Positions 24,671 through 33,847 of a stretch of 64,000 bases of DNA are shown here, one piece after another (position 1 is the first letter of the stretch; each line of letters starts with the position of its first letter). Source of the stretch: Terriglobia bacterium (GTDB taxonomy: Bacteria; Acidobacteriota; UBA6911); the NCBI GenBank assembly GCA_963824985.1, contig CAWGRQ010000013.1, forward strand, positions 10,630-74,629, in the 5' to 3' direction. A program made the position numbers and the translations under genes. The notes beneath the pieces were generated by a model. The model worked only from the letters and a program-made list of their open reading frames with translations, ran no database searches and had not been told where the DNA came from.

Positions 24671-27377
24671 CAGCAAAGCCCGAATCCTGCGCGAAGGGGA
24701 ACGGTACGTCCAACAGGGCAAAATCAACCAGGCGATCAGTGAGTATCTGAAGATCGTCAAGATCGACCCGGAAGACGTTTTGACCCTTAACACCATCGGG
24801 GATCTGTACCTGCGCCAGGGCCGGGTGAGCGAGGCAAACCGGCTTTTTCTCCAGGTTGCGGAGAGCTATGTCCGCAATAATTTCCTGCTGAAAGGGATCG
24901 CGGTTTACAAGAAGATCCTGAATACCGACCCGCATAACCTGCAGGTCAACCTGCAGGTCGCTTCACTCTACGCGCGTCAGGGGATGAATGTCGACGCGCG
25001 CAGCCAGTATTTATATGTCGCTGACCTGTATGCCCGCGAGGGGAGGACCAGCGAATCGCTCGATGCCTATGAAAAGGTCGTGGAAATCGACCCGATGAAT
25101 GCCCCGATACTCCTGAAACTGGCGGAAACCTATCTGACACAGGGTTTGCAGGACAAAGCTCACATCTGTTTCTCCGGCGCTGCCCGGGCTCAGATGAAGG
25201 CCGGAGATATCGGCGCTTCGATGTCGGCTTTCCGGAATGCCCTGGCTATTGATTTGGGCAGTTCCGATGCGTTGAAAGGGTTCCTGGAAACCGCTCTGCA
25301 GACGGACGACCTCCGAGGCGCTTTGAACCTGGTCAAGGAATCGATCACAAAGGCTCAGGACGATCCCGAACTGCACGAGCTTCTGGGCCGTTCCTATCTG
25401 GCTGCCAACGATGCAGAACGCGCCGAACAGTATTTCCTGGCGGCTCTGCGTGAAGATGACTCCCGCTACGGATGTTTCCTGCAGTTGAGCAAGTCACTCC
25501 TTCAGGCCGACAACCCGGACCGGGCTCTGGCGTGTCTGCAGCCCATCCTCTCCACTCTGATCTGCAGGCGGGAGACTGAAAGGCTTGTCGATGCCTATCA
25601 TCTGATTCTGGCGAAATACCCGTCGCACATCGCCACCCTGACCAAGCTATCCGAAATCCTGTCCGCGACGAACGATGAGCAGCGCAACCTGGAGGTGCTT
25701 GAGAGAATCGTAGATCATCATCTGAGTGAGGGGAATCCCAGCGAGGCTCTGGAGGCGATGGAAAGCATTCTGGCGATTGCTCCCGAGTCCGAGCCGCATC
25801 TGAACCGGCACCGCGAGGTATTCGAACTGGCCTTTCCCGGGAGAGCGTACCGGGTACCCCGGGCGGTGGCGGAAGCAGCCGAACGCAATGCTCAGCGGAA
25901 CATGCAGGGAAGCGATTCCTCGGCGGGCCTTCCCGCCTCCGAAGATGACGGCTCAAGTTCCACTATCGTCGAGATCGACCTGCTCCTCAACTATGGAATG
26001 AAGGAAAAGGCTCTGCAGCTGCTGCGCACGCTGGAGGCTGCGACGCCGCTGGATAAGGAGGTGCGGCGCCGGTTGATTACAATGTACCGCGAAAGCGGCG
26101 AACATCGTCTGGCAGCCGAACAGCACCTGTTGTTGTCGGCGATTTACCGCAAGGCCGGGGACCTGGAAACAGCGGAAAAATCCTGGGCTGAAGCTCGAAA
26201 ACTGGCTCCAGATTGGGTAAGTGGTGACCTGGATGTAGCCGCCTTCGCCCAGAAATGCGGGATTTTCATGGAGCCCGCTAAAGCGGACGCTCCCTTCAAG
26301 GAGCCCGCGGGGAGCCAGGAAGTTGACCTGTCTGGCGATCTGTCCGAGATCTTTTTTAAGGACACCCAGGAAGAAGCCGACGTTGCGCCGGGCATGTCCG
26401 GGATCCCGGAGGAGGCGACCGAATTTCCTCAGGACCTGCCGCGCCCGCCGGCTCCCGAATCGATCGCGGAGCAGCTTCAGGAGGTCGACTTCTATATTCG
26501 CCTCGGATTCCATGATGAGGCGCGAGCCAAGCTCGAAGAGATCGCCATTACCAACCCTGACCATGCGGAGCTGGCCTCACGTTTCGAACAGCTTGGCTTG
26601 CAGCCTTCCTCGGATGAGGATGCCGTGGTTATTGCGCTCCCGGAAGGGGGAGGGCAGATACCTGATCTTCCGGATGCAGCAGCGCATTCCGTGACCGGGG
26701 GGGCACCGGTACCGGCGGCTTTCGAGGATATTAAATCTTCGGTGACTGAGGACGACCGGATTGCAAATGACCTGGAAATGGCGGCCAGCCACTTTGGCGC
26801 CAACAACTGGTTTGAGATGACCGAAGAGCCGGACCAATCCCCTGCGGGGAGTAAAATGGACCTGTCAAGGCCCCCGAAGGCGGATTCGGCCAGGATCGAA
26901 GAGGCGCCGACCAACGCCATGTTTGCCGATCTCATGAATGAAGTGAATGCGCTGACGGACCAGGGGATCACACGCGAGGATTTCGAAACTCATTTCAGTC
27001 TCGGCATTGCCTTCCGCGAAATGGGTCTGACGGAGGATGCCATCAAGGAATTCCAGCAGGCCTTGAAGGCCCTGGATCCGGATAAGTTTCCCCGGGAGGT
27101 CATTCAGAGTTGCGGGATGCTGAGCACCTGTTTCCTGGAGAAGGGCATGCCTCGATCCGCCATCCGCTGGTGCCAGACCGGGCTGGGGGTAAGGGAAATT
27201 TCCCCACACGAAGCGATCGCTCTCCGGTATGATATGGCCGAGGCGCACTCCTCGGCCGGCGATTTCCGTCGGGCGCTGGAGTGCTTTTCGGAGATATTTG
27301 GTATCGATCCCAGTTATCGTGACGTGGCACAGCGGATCGATAACCTCAAGAGCGATCAACAAAGGCATGCTCCATAA
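24660..27377 (+). CDS. large TPR-repeat protein with central acidic low-complexity region
   Basis: 905-aa ORF. Many TPR-like units (AISEYLKIVKIDPEDVLTLNTIGDLY...). Acidic, proline-rich middle section. C-terminal TPRs (AIKEFQQALKALDPD). Confidence 0.8.
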   Translation: MATDSKARILREGERYVQQGKINQAISEYLKIVKIDPEDVLTLNTIGDLYLRQGRVSEANRLFLQVAESYVRNNFLLKGIAVYKKILNTDPHNLQVNLQVASLYARQGMNVDARSQYLYVADLYAREGRTSESLDAYEKVVEIDPMNAPILLKLAETYLTQGLQDKAHICFSGAARAQMKAGDIGASMSAFRNALAIDLGSSDALKGFLETALQTDDLRGALNLVKESITKAQDDPELHELLGRSYLAANDAERAEQYFLAALREDDSRYGCFLQLSKSLLQADNPDRALACLQPILSTLICRRETERLVDAYHLILAKYPSHIATLTKLSEILSATNDEQRNLEVLERIVDHHLSEGNPSEALEAMESILAIAPESEPHLNRHREVFELAFPGRAYRVPRAVAEAAERNAQRNMQGSDSSAGLPASEDDGSSSTIVEIDLLLNYGMKEKALQLLRTLEAATPLDKEVRRRLITMYRESGEHRLAAEQHLLLSAIYRKAGDLETAEKSWAEARKLAPDWVSGDLDVAAFAQKCGIFMEPAKADAPFKEPAGSQEVDLSGDLSEIFFKDTQEEADVAPGMSGIPEEATEFPQDLPRPPAPESIAEQLQEVDFYIRLGFHDEARAKLEEIAITNPDHAELASRFEQLGLQPSSDEDAVVIALPEGGGQIPDLPDAAAHSVTGGAPVPAAFEDIKSSVTEDDRIANDLEMAASHFGANNWFEMTEEPDQSPAGSKMDLSRPPKADSARIEEAPTNAMFADLMNEVNALTDQGITREDFETHFSLGIAFREMGLTEDAIKEFQQALKALDPDKFPREVIQSCGMLSTCFLEKGMPRSAIRWCQTGLGVREISPHEAIALRYDMAEAHSSAGDFRRALECFSEIFGIDPSYRDVAQRIDNLKSDQQRHAP

Positions 27378-27690
27378 GCTTCCTCTCGAGCTTCCGGATT
27401 CCGGCATGGAAACCCGGGACAAGCCACGTTCAAGTTCCAAGCTGGCTTGGATGCTGAGCATCGTTTACATCCTCTATTCCCTGGAAGTCGGAGTTTTCCT
27501 GATTTCTCTCCCCTGGCTCGACATTTGGGAAAATAACTACCTCACGTTTCGTCTCCCCCTTCTGCGCATGGTGATGATCAACCCATTCCTGAAGGGTGCA
27601 GTTCTGGGGCTCGGCATAGTCAATCTGTTTATAGGATTCAAGGAAATTGCGAACCTGCGCAATGGACCGACCAACTACTTTTCCCGGTAG
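27367..27690 (+). CDS. small membrane protein, function unknown
   Basis: From the ATG at 27367: two or three hydrophobic helices (LAWMLSIVYILYSLEVGVFLISLPW, FLKGAVLGLGIVNLFIGF). Start uncertain; the ORF-track start at 27229 lies inside the TPR gene. Confidence 0.5.
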   Translation: MLHKLPLELPDSGMETRDKPRSSSKLAWMLSIVYILYSLEVGVFLISLPWLDIWENNYLTFRLPLLRMVMINPFLKGAVLGLGIVNLFIGFKEIANLRNGPTNYFSR

Positions 27691-28375
27691 ACGCCCAATC
27701 TTCTATTACATCACCGATCGCCATCAGCTGCCGGATCCGTCACCAACCGCTCTGCTGCTGCAAATCCGGCGGGCGATTTCATGGGGCGTGGACTTCATTC
27801 AGCTGCGTGAGAAGGACCTGCCCGACCGCTCCCTTTTTGACCTTGCGACACGGGCTGTTCGGCTGGCCCGTGGCACTTCGTGCCGCATTATCGTCAACGG
27901 CCGTGCCGACATTGCGTTCGCCTCCGGCGCCCACGGGGTTCATCTTCCAAGCAGGGGATTGCAGGCTGCCGACTTTGTCCCACACCTTCCGAAACGATTT
28001 CTGCTTGGAGTCTCCACCCACTCCCTCCCCGAGGCCCGGCGGGCGGCCGCGTCCGGAGCCGACTATCTGCTGCTCGGACCGGTTTTTCCCACGGCATCCA
28101 AAATCGGCCTGGGAACGCCCCTCGGGCTTCGGCGTCTGCGTCAGATCTGTTCAGCTCTCCCGGTTCCCATTCTGGGTCTGGGAGGCATCCGCCCGTCCGG
28201 CATCGCCGGCATTCTCGACGCGGGAGCGGCTGGGGTGGCCGGAATTCGCCTCTTCCAGCGGGAACTTGATGGTTTTGTCCGAGCAGACTACCGGATCCCG
28301 GCCGGCACTGGCGGAAAACCGGCACAAACAGCCTCAGCCCGCTTCCGGAGCGCCCCCCTTCGTCGCCGGATGTAA
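27662..28375 (+). CDS. thiE: thiamine-phosphate synthase
   Basis: FYYITDR..., VDFIQLREKD, IIVNGRADIAFASGAHGVHL, GVSTHS, ADYLLLGPVFPT, ILGLGGI. Start uncertain (TTG 27647 or ATG 27662). Confidence 0.8.
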   Translation: MDRPTTFPGRRPIFYYITDRHQLPDPSPTALLLQIRRAISWGVDFIQLREKDLPDRSLFDLATRAVRLARGTSCRIIVNGRADIAFASGAHGVHLPSRGLQAADFVPHLPKRFLLGVSTHSLPEARRAAASGADYLLLGPVFPTASKIGLGTPLGLRRLRQICSALPVPILGLGGIRPSGIAGILDAGAAGVAGIRLFQRELDGFVRADYRIPAGTGGKPAQTASARFRSAPLRRRM

Positions 28376-28523
28376 TCAGCTCTTTTGTAATTGTTTAGCT
28401 CCGCATTCGCGCTATACTCGATCGAAATGCCGGGCGCCTGGAGAATGGCGCCCGAAATCTAATATTGGCGCTCGTGAACGACCTTATATTGAGCGCTTTC
28501 TGAATGTTCCAGCAGGCCGGGGA

Positions 28524-29087
28524 ATGGATCCGATTTCTGAGCTCGTGCGCCGATGCATTCATGGTGATTCTGGCGCCTTTGAACGCCTGGTACGGGATCA
28601 TATGAACAGCGTTCTGGGGTTGGCCTACAACTACGTCGGCGATTTCGGCATCGCGGAGGATATTGCCCAGGAGACCTTCGTACAGGCTTTTCAATCGCTT
28701 GATACGCTGAGAGATCGCGCCCGATTCAAGGTGTGGCTGTTGAAGATCGCCAGAAACAAGTGCATCGATGCCATTCGGCGCAGCCCCCGTTGGGTCTCAT
28801 TGGATCAGAGCCGGGAATTGCAGCGGCAGATTTCCCTGCATCCGGCCCCGGTTTCGGAAGAAGAACCGATCGTGTTCACCGAGGAGGATCTGCTCAATGC
28901 GCTCAAGTCGCTCCGCGAGGATTATCGCGAGATCTTCGTCATGAAGCACATCGACAATCTCTCCTACAGGGAGATTTCTCAGGTTCTGGGTATGACCGTT
29001 TCGGCCGTGGGCGAAAAACTCTATCGGGTTCGCTCGATGATCCGGAACCACCTCGAGAATCGGAAATCCGGGAGCCACACATCATGA
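28524..29087 (+). CDS. ECF-type RNA polymerase sigma-70 family factor
   Basis: 187 aa from the ATG at 28524. Region 2 DIAQETFVQAF...FKVWLLKIARNKCIDAIRR, region 4 YREIFVMKHIDNLSYREISQVLGMTVSAVGEKLYRVR. The 426-aa ORF-track entry is a spurious upstream extension. Confidence 0.9.
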   Translation: MDPISELVRRCIHGDSGAFERLVRDHMNSVLGLAYNYVGDFGIAEDIAQETFVQAFQSLDTLRDRARFKVWLLKIARNKCIDAIRRSPRWVSLDQSRELQRQISLHPAPVSEEEPIVFTEEDLLNALKSLREDYREIFVMKHIDNLSYREISQVLGMTVSAVGEKLYRVRSMIRNHLENRKSGSHTS

Positions 29088-31513
29088 CCTGCACAAACAT
29101 TCCTCCCCTGCTTTCCCTGTTTCTTGACGGGGAACTTCCCCGCGAAGGCGCCCTGGACGTTAAAGCCCATCTTGCGCAGTGCGCGGAATGCCGCACGCTG
29201 TTTGAACACTGGAAGCAGCAGGGAGCTTCTTTGCGCGGCTACCTGGGTCGTCATGCGCCAGGCGAGGATTTTGTCCGCAGGGTACTCGACAAACAGCCCA
29301 CGCTGCAGCCAAGAGCTGAGCCGCTCGGGCAGCGCAGGGCAGGCCGCGGCGCCCTGGTGCGCTGGCTGCCGGCTGCCGCCGCGATTCTGCTCGCATCGGT
29401 CATTCTCAACTACCTCTTTCCGAATCGGGAATCCATAGGGTACGCCCGGGTTATCGACCCCGGGGATCTCGAAGTGCTGCAATCCAGCGCCTGGGTGCCG
29501 ACGGCGGCGGGCGAGATTCTGCGTCCGGGGGACTGGCTGCGCAACCCGGTGCCGGGAACAGCCGAGCTTCTCTGGCGCAATGCCACACGCCTGATGGTAG
29601 AGGCGGGGACACTGGCACACATTCCCGATCGTCTGCAGCAACCGGGGGAGCAGGTCATCCTCCTGGGCGGGGAACTGCGGTCGGAAATCCAGGCAGGCGG
29701 CGGCGAGTTCCAGGTGCGCACGCCCGCGGGTTCGGTGACCGGCACGGCCGGAGGCTTCTCGATCCGCGCCGGATTCGCTCTTCTGCCCAGGATGGCATCC
29801 GCCGATCCCAACACCGTTCTGACCGGCAGCGTCGTTCCGTTCAGTGAGATCGAGATCAGTGCCGGGAGAGTAAAGCTCCTGACAGCCGGCGGAGCCCGCG
29901 AATTGGAGAAGGGGGCGCGGGTTTCATTTTGCGAGACAACGATCGTTGCTGCCAAGGCCGAATCCGCCCCCATCCAAGCCTCTCTGCGGCTGGTCCCCGA
30001 TGCCGCCACGCCCGAGGAACTCTCCTCGTTCCTGGCCTCTACCCCGGAAGGCCTTCGCCTGCGGCTTGCCGCCAGCAATGTCAGCCTGTCAAAGCTGCTT
30101 GAATGGGCGACCGGAGCCGAGGTAAGTGCTCAGGGCGCCATCCTGGTCTCGGGCGTCCTCGATTTTCCCATCAATGCGAGCCCGGAAGCCCTTGCGCGGG
30201 CGGTTGGGAAGGCACTGGACCTTACGATTTCCTGCCGGCAGGAAGTGGTTCGCCGGTCCGTGGCGGACTTCAGACCGAATCAAACGCCGGTTTTGGACTG
30301 GAGTCAGGGGAAGTTCGCCATCCGGAATTCGGCCGCCGGCCTGATGACCTTCGAACTGCGCAACGTTCCCGCCGGGCAGGCCTTCAGGATTTTGCGCCCC
30401 GTCATAAAGGACCTGCCGGAAATTTCCGCTTCAGCCGAGTGGGTTCCGATCACCCTTCAGGCATCGGACCTCAGCCCTGCAGATGCGGCGGCACACATCG
30501 CCTCGGCGCTTGATCTGCAAATCGAAACGGCAGATTGCCGGGTGGTGGTCATTACCATCGCAAGTTCCGGACTGATGTCTCCAGGTGATGGACGTGCAGG
30601 TCAGGATCCCGCCTCTCCCGCGCAACCGGGCGCACGGCCGGGCAGCGGATACCCGGTCATCCCTCGCGATGGGGAGCCCGCCTCATCTACTGCTGCCCCG
30701 GCGCCCCTCAGGGTTGCTGCCGACGGAGTGACACTCACCCCCGCTTCGACCATCAGCCCATCGATGATATGGCCCGTCTGGCAGGTCCTGCGCGGCGGTA
30801 ACGGCGTCGACGGATATCCGAATCCGACCGTGTCCGGGAGGAGCAAGGTCGACGGCAAGGTTACACGGAAGGAAAGGGAATATCTCGGGCTCGGAGATCT
30901 GATGCCCCTCCCGTCGCCTTCCACGCATATGATCTGGCCCGCACTTGGCCCCGATGATCATCTGGGCGGCAAGGCGTACTGGGTGCGCAATTTCGTGGGA
31001 TTGCCGGCCCGCACAATCTGGGATGGATATGATCGGGACGGCCGGCTCCTGGCGCAAGTCGCCGTTTACGTGGAGGCGTCTTCGGATGGCACCCTGCTCC
31101 CGGCAAGTGATCTGCCCGGCTACCTCGGTGAAGGAGGACATTGGGAGACCTTGAGCGACGTTCCCCTGGTCGGATCGCGGGTTGACAAATCGGGTCTGGA
31201 AATGGCGCTGGGGTCGCCCATTGCGTCCGAACGCCTGCCGCGTCAGTATTCGGTTCCCGGATTGTGGCTGGCTCGATTGGGTGGACAGGTGTGGCTGGTC
31301 AACCCTGGTGAAGACGAGGCGACGGTTGTCGTTGCCCTGATGAGAAACGGAAGCGCTATCTATACCACGCGCCTTACGCTTGCGCCTCATGGCGGAACCG
31401 TCTGGCCCGATTGGTCCTCGGGGATGGGATCCGAGTTTGCGGGCTCCGACTCACTCACTACGCTGGTCATCCGCGCGATTCGCGGAACGGTCGCCGCCGG
31501 TCCCGCAAAATAG
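29084..31513 (+). CDS. anti-sigma factor (zf-HC2) with large extracytoplasmic region
   Basis: ATGA overlap with the sigma gene. MTCTNIPPLLSLFLDGELPREGALDVKAHLAQCAECRTLF (H-x3-C-x2-C), TM helix WLPAAAAILLASVILNYL, FecR-like segment, ~550 further residues of unknown fold. Confidence 0.8.
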   Translation: MTCTNIPPLLSLFLDGELPREGALDVKAHLAQCAECRTLFEHWKQQGASLRGYLGRHAPGEDFVRRVLDKQPTLQPRAEPLGQRRAGRGALVRWLPAAAAILLASVILNYLFPNRESIGYARVIDPGDLEVLQSSAWVPTAAGEILRPGDWLRNPVPGTAELLWRNATRLMVEAGTLAHIPDRLQQPGEQVILLGGELRSEIQAGGGEFQVRTPAGSVTGTAGGFSIRAGFALLPRMASADPNTVLTGSVVPFSEIEISAGRVKLLTAGGARELEKGARVSFCETTIVAAKAESAPIQASLRLVPDAATPEELSSFLASTPEGLRLRLAASNVSLSKLLEWATGAEVSAQGAILVSGVLDFPINASPEALARAVGKALDLTISCRQEVVRRSVADFRPNQTPVLDWSQGKFAIRNSAAGLMTFELRNVPAGQAFRILRPVIKDLPEISASAEWVPITLQASDLSPADAAAHIASALDLQIETADCRVVVITIASSGLMSPGDGRAGQDPASPAQPGARPGSGYPVIPRDGEPASSTAAPAPLRVAADGVTLTPASTISPSMIWPVWQVLRGGNGVDGYPNPTVSGRSKVDGKVTRKEREYLGLGDLMPLPSPSTHMIWPALGPDDHLGGKAYWVRNFVGLPARTIWDGYDRDGRLLAQVAVYVEASSDGTLLPASDLPGYLGEGGHWETLSDVPLVGSRVDKSGLEMALGSPIASERLPRQYSVPGLWLARLGGQVWLVNPGEDEATVVVALMRNGSAIYTTRLTLAPHGGTVWPDWSSGMGSEFAGSDSLTTLVIRAIRGTVAAGPAK

Positions 31514-31775
31514 CATCCTGGAAACAGGGAGAATCGGTGGCTACGGGCATCCTGGCCACGGCGGCCATCGCGATATTTCTGCGCCGGAAATAGAAAATCC
31601 GGCGACCGCGGCCCTGTATGTGGCGGCTCCCCATCTCATGGTCGAAAAACATTTCGGGATGAATCTCACCCCCCACTGATGATATTGTTCCGTCCTCGGG
31701 ATCTGCAGTTTTTGTCAGGCGGGCGCCGCAGGGGCAAGCATACTTCGGATAAACTCTTCGCATCGCCGCTGGGAA

Positions 31776-33119
31776 ATGGCGAATCCCGATAGACAAAGGA
31801 GAACGACATTGACCGACACGAAAATCACTCTGCCCGAATCCGACATTCCGACCCACTTTTACAACCTCGTCGCAGATCTGCCCGTGCCACTCAAACCGCC
31901 TCTGCATCCGGGTACCAAAGAACCGATCGGTCCGGAAGCGCTCGCCCCGATTTTCCCGATGGGCCTGATCCAGCAGGAGGTTTCACAGGCCCGGGAGATC
32001 GCCATTCCCGCCGAAGTGCGTGACATATACCGCCTCTATCGGCCCAGCCCGCTATTCCGGGCGCGCGCCCTGGAAGAACTGCTCGACACGCCGGCGCATA
32101 TCTATTACAAATCAGAGCATGTAAGCCCGGTAGGCAGCCATAAGCTGAACACGGCGGTTATGCAGGCGTATATGAACAAGAAGGAGGGGGTGAAGCGGCT
32201 GGCAACGGAGACCGGCGCCGGCCAGTGGGGAAGCGCGCTGGCCTGTGCCTGCAAGCTGATGGGCCTGGAATGCATGGTGTACATGGTGCGGGTCAGCTAT
32301 GACATGAAGCCGTATCGTCGCATCATGATGAAAACTTACGGCGCCGAGGTTGTGGCCAGCCCATCCAGTCTTACGGCGGCAGGCCGTGCCGTTCTCGCCG
32401 AGCATCCGGATACCCCCGGCAGCCTGGGGATTGCGATTTCGGAAGCGGTGGAAGATGCGGCCGGACGCGAGGATACAAAGTATTCCCTGGGCAGCGTCCT
32501 GAATCACGTCCTGCTCCATCAGACGATCATCGGGCAGGAGGCCAGGAAGCAGATGGAAATTGCGGGTGAATACCCGGACATCATCATTGGATGCCATGGG
32601 GGCGGCAGCAACTTCGGCGGCATTGCCTTCCCGTTCCTGGCCGACAAGATTCGCGGGGATAGGAAGAATCTGCGAGCCATCGCCGTCGAGCCGGCCGCAT
32701 GTCCCTCGTTGACGGCGGGCCGGCGCGAATATGACTTTGGGGACGTGGCCGGGAGCACGCCGCTGCTGATGATGCACACCCTCGGACACAAGTTCGTCCC
32801 GCCCCCGGTGCATGCGGGCGGCCTGCGGTATCACGGCTCGGCGCCGCTTGTGAGCCATGTGCTCGCGCTCGGATTGATCGAGGCGGAGGCTTACCATCAG
32901 GGCGAAGTTTTCGAGAGCGCGGTCAGGTTCGCGCAATGCGAAGGCACCATCCCCGCGCCGGAATCCGCGCACGCGGTCCACAGCGCAATGGTGCATGCGC
33001 TCCGGGCCCGGGAGTCGGGGGAACGCAAGGTCATCCTGTTCAACCTCTCCGGGCACGGCTATTTCGATATGGCTTCCTATGAGACCTTTTTGAACGGAAC
33101 CATGGACAGAATGGCGTAG
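31776..33119 (+). CDS. trpB: tryptophan synthase beta chain-like protein (TrpB2 type), stand-alone
   Basis: 447 aa. PLP lysine context [38 protein letters not shown]. No trpA adjacent. Confidence 0.85.
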   Translation: MANPDRQRRTTLTDTKITLPESDIPTHFYNLVADLPVPLKPPLHPGTKEPIGPEALAPIFPMGLIQQEVSQAREIAIPAEVRDIYRLYRPSPLFRARALEELLDTPAHIYYKSEHVSPVGSHKLNTAVMQAYMNKKEGVKRLATETGAGQWGSALACACKLMGLECMVYMVRVSYDMKPYRRIMMKTYGAEVVASPSSLTAAGRAVLAEHPDTPGSLGIAISEAVEDAAGREDTKYSLGSVLNHVLLHQTIIGQEARKQMEIAGEYPDIIIGCHGGGSNFGGIAFPFLADKIRGDRKNLRAIAVEPAACPSLTAGRREYDFGDVAGSTPLLMMHTLGHKFVPPPVHAGGLRYHGSAPLVSHVLALGLIEAEAYHQGEVFESAVRFAQCEGTIPAPESAHAVHSAMVHALRARESGERKVILFNLSGHGYFDMASYETFLNGTMDRMA

Positions 33120-33219
33120 GCAGTTTCGGGGACGGGCTCCATAACCTCGAAATACCGAGACGCTGCCCTGTACGGCCGATGATAATTTCGAGCTTTTCGC
33201 GCCTGTCCCCGAAATTGGG

Positions 33220-33735
33220 TCACTTTTTCAGGGCGGCGACGGCGCCCTCGTGGGCAGCTTCGGTGACGTCGATGGATTTGTTGACCAGGTTCCACACCTC
33301 TTCACGCAGCTTCCCTTCAGCCAGCTTCTTCAGGCCGGCCAGCGGCCTGGCCGCGGCTTCCGTGGCCGACTTCAGACTTTTCAGGGCCTCCTGAAATTTT
33401 TCCGGATCGGTTTTCGGGTGCTGCGAGGCGTCGTCGAGATTCATCATGACGGCGCGCAGAATCCGGAAGTATCCATCCATCATGTCCTCGACGCTGAAAA
33501 ATTCCAGCGGGTCTCCCGGCGCCGATTCCTTGCCCGAGAGACGCTCGGCGGCCGTTTTCAGGCGCAAGGCGGCAAACTCAAGATAGAGTTTGACGCGCAT
33601 GCTGATTTCCTGCGCATCCTGAATCTTTTCGATTTCGAGAGGGGTGAGGAATTCCTTGGCCGGCGCCGGGGGGCCGGCTTCGGCATACATGGCGCCGAGC
33701 AGAATGAAACCGGCCGCACACATCCATCGTCTCAT
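33220..33735 (-). CDS. secreted helical protein, function unknown
   Basis: 171-aa ORF. Signal-like MRRWMCAAGFILLGAMYAEA. Helical, Lys/Glu/Ala-rich body. Confidence 0.55.
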   Translation of the reverse strand: MRRWMCAAGFILLGAMYAEAGPPAPAKEFLTPLEIEKIQDAQEISMRVKLYLEFAALRLKTAAERLSGKESAPGDPLEFFSVEDMMDGYFRILRAVMMNLDDASQHPKTDPEKFQEALKSLKSATEAAARPLAGLKKLAEGKLREEVWNLVNKSIDVTEAAHEGAVAALKK

Positions 33736-33847
33736 GGGCGCTTCCTCCGACTGTGCTTATTGTACCGTGGAACCGGCCAGAGTGCGAGTCTCCTGCAATT
33801 CCGGCCGGCTCGGTCTTCGAAAAGCGCGGTGCCAAGGATGGCAGCCG

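Noticed and set aside
28389-28401. 13-nt match GTAATTGTTTAGC to the left terminus of the 7.5-kb element
   Set aside because: No adjacent CGCAAAG units or inverted partner. Isolated 13-mer matches are expected by chance in a 64-kb self-comparison.
27807-29087. 426-aa ORF fusing the thiE region to the ECF sigma factor
   Set aside because: Only the last 187 codons (from ATG 28524) look like a sigma factor. The upstream part is an out-of-frame overlap of thiE and intergenic DNA.
31467-31907. 146-aa minus-strand ORF and possible leader or attenuator upstream of trpB2
   Set aside because: The ORF overlaps the trpB2 start and has no recognisable motif. The only small leader ORF (MVEKHFGMNLTPH) has no Trp codons, and the hairpin at ~31582-31604 lacks a U-tract.
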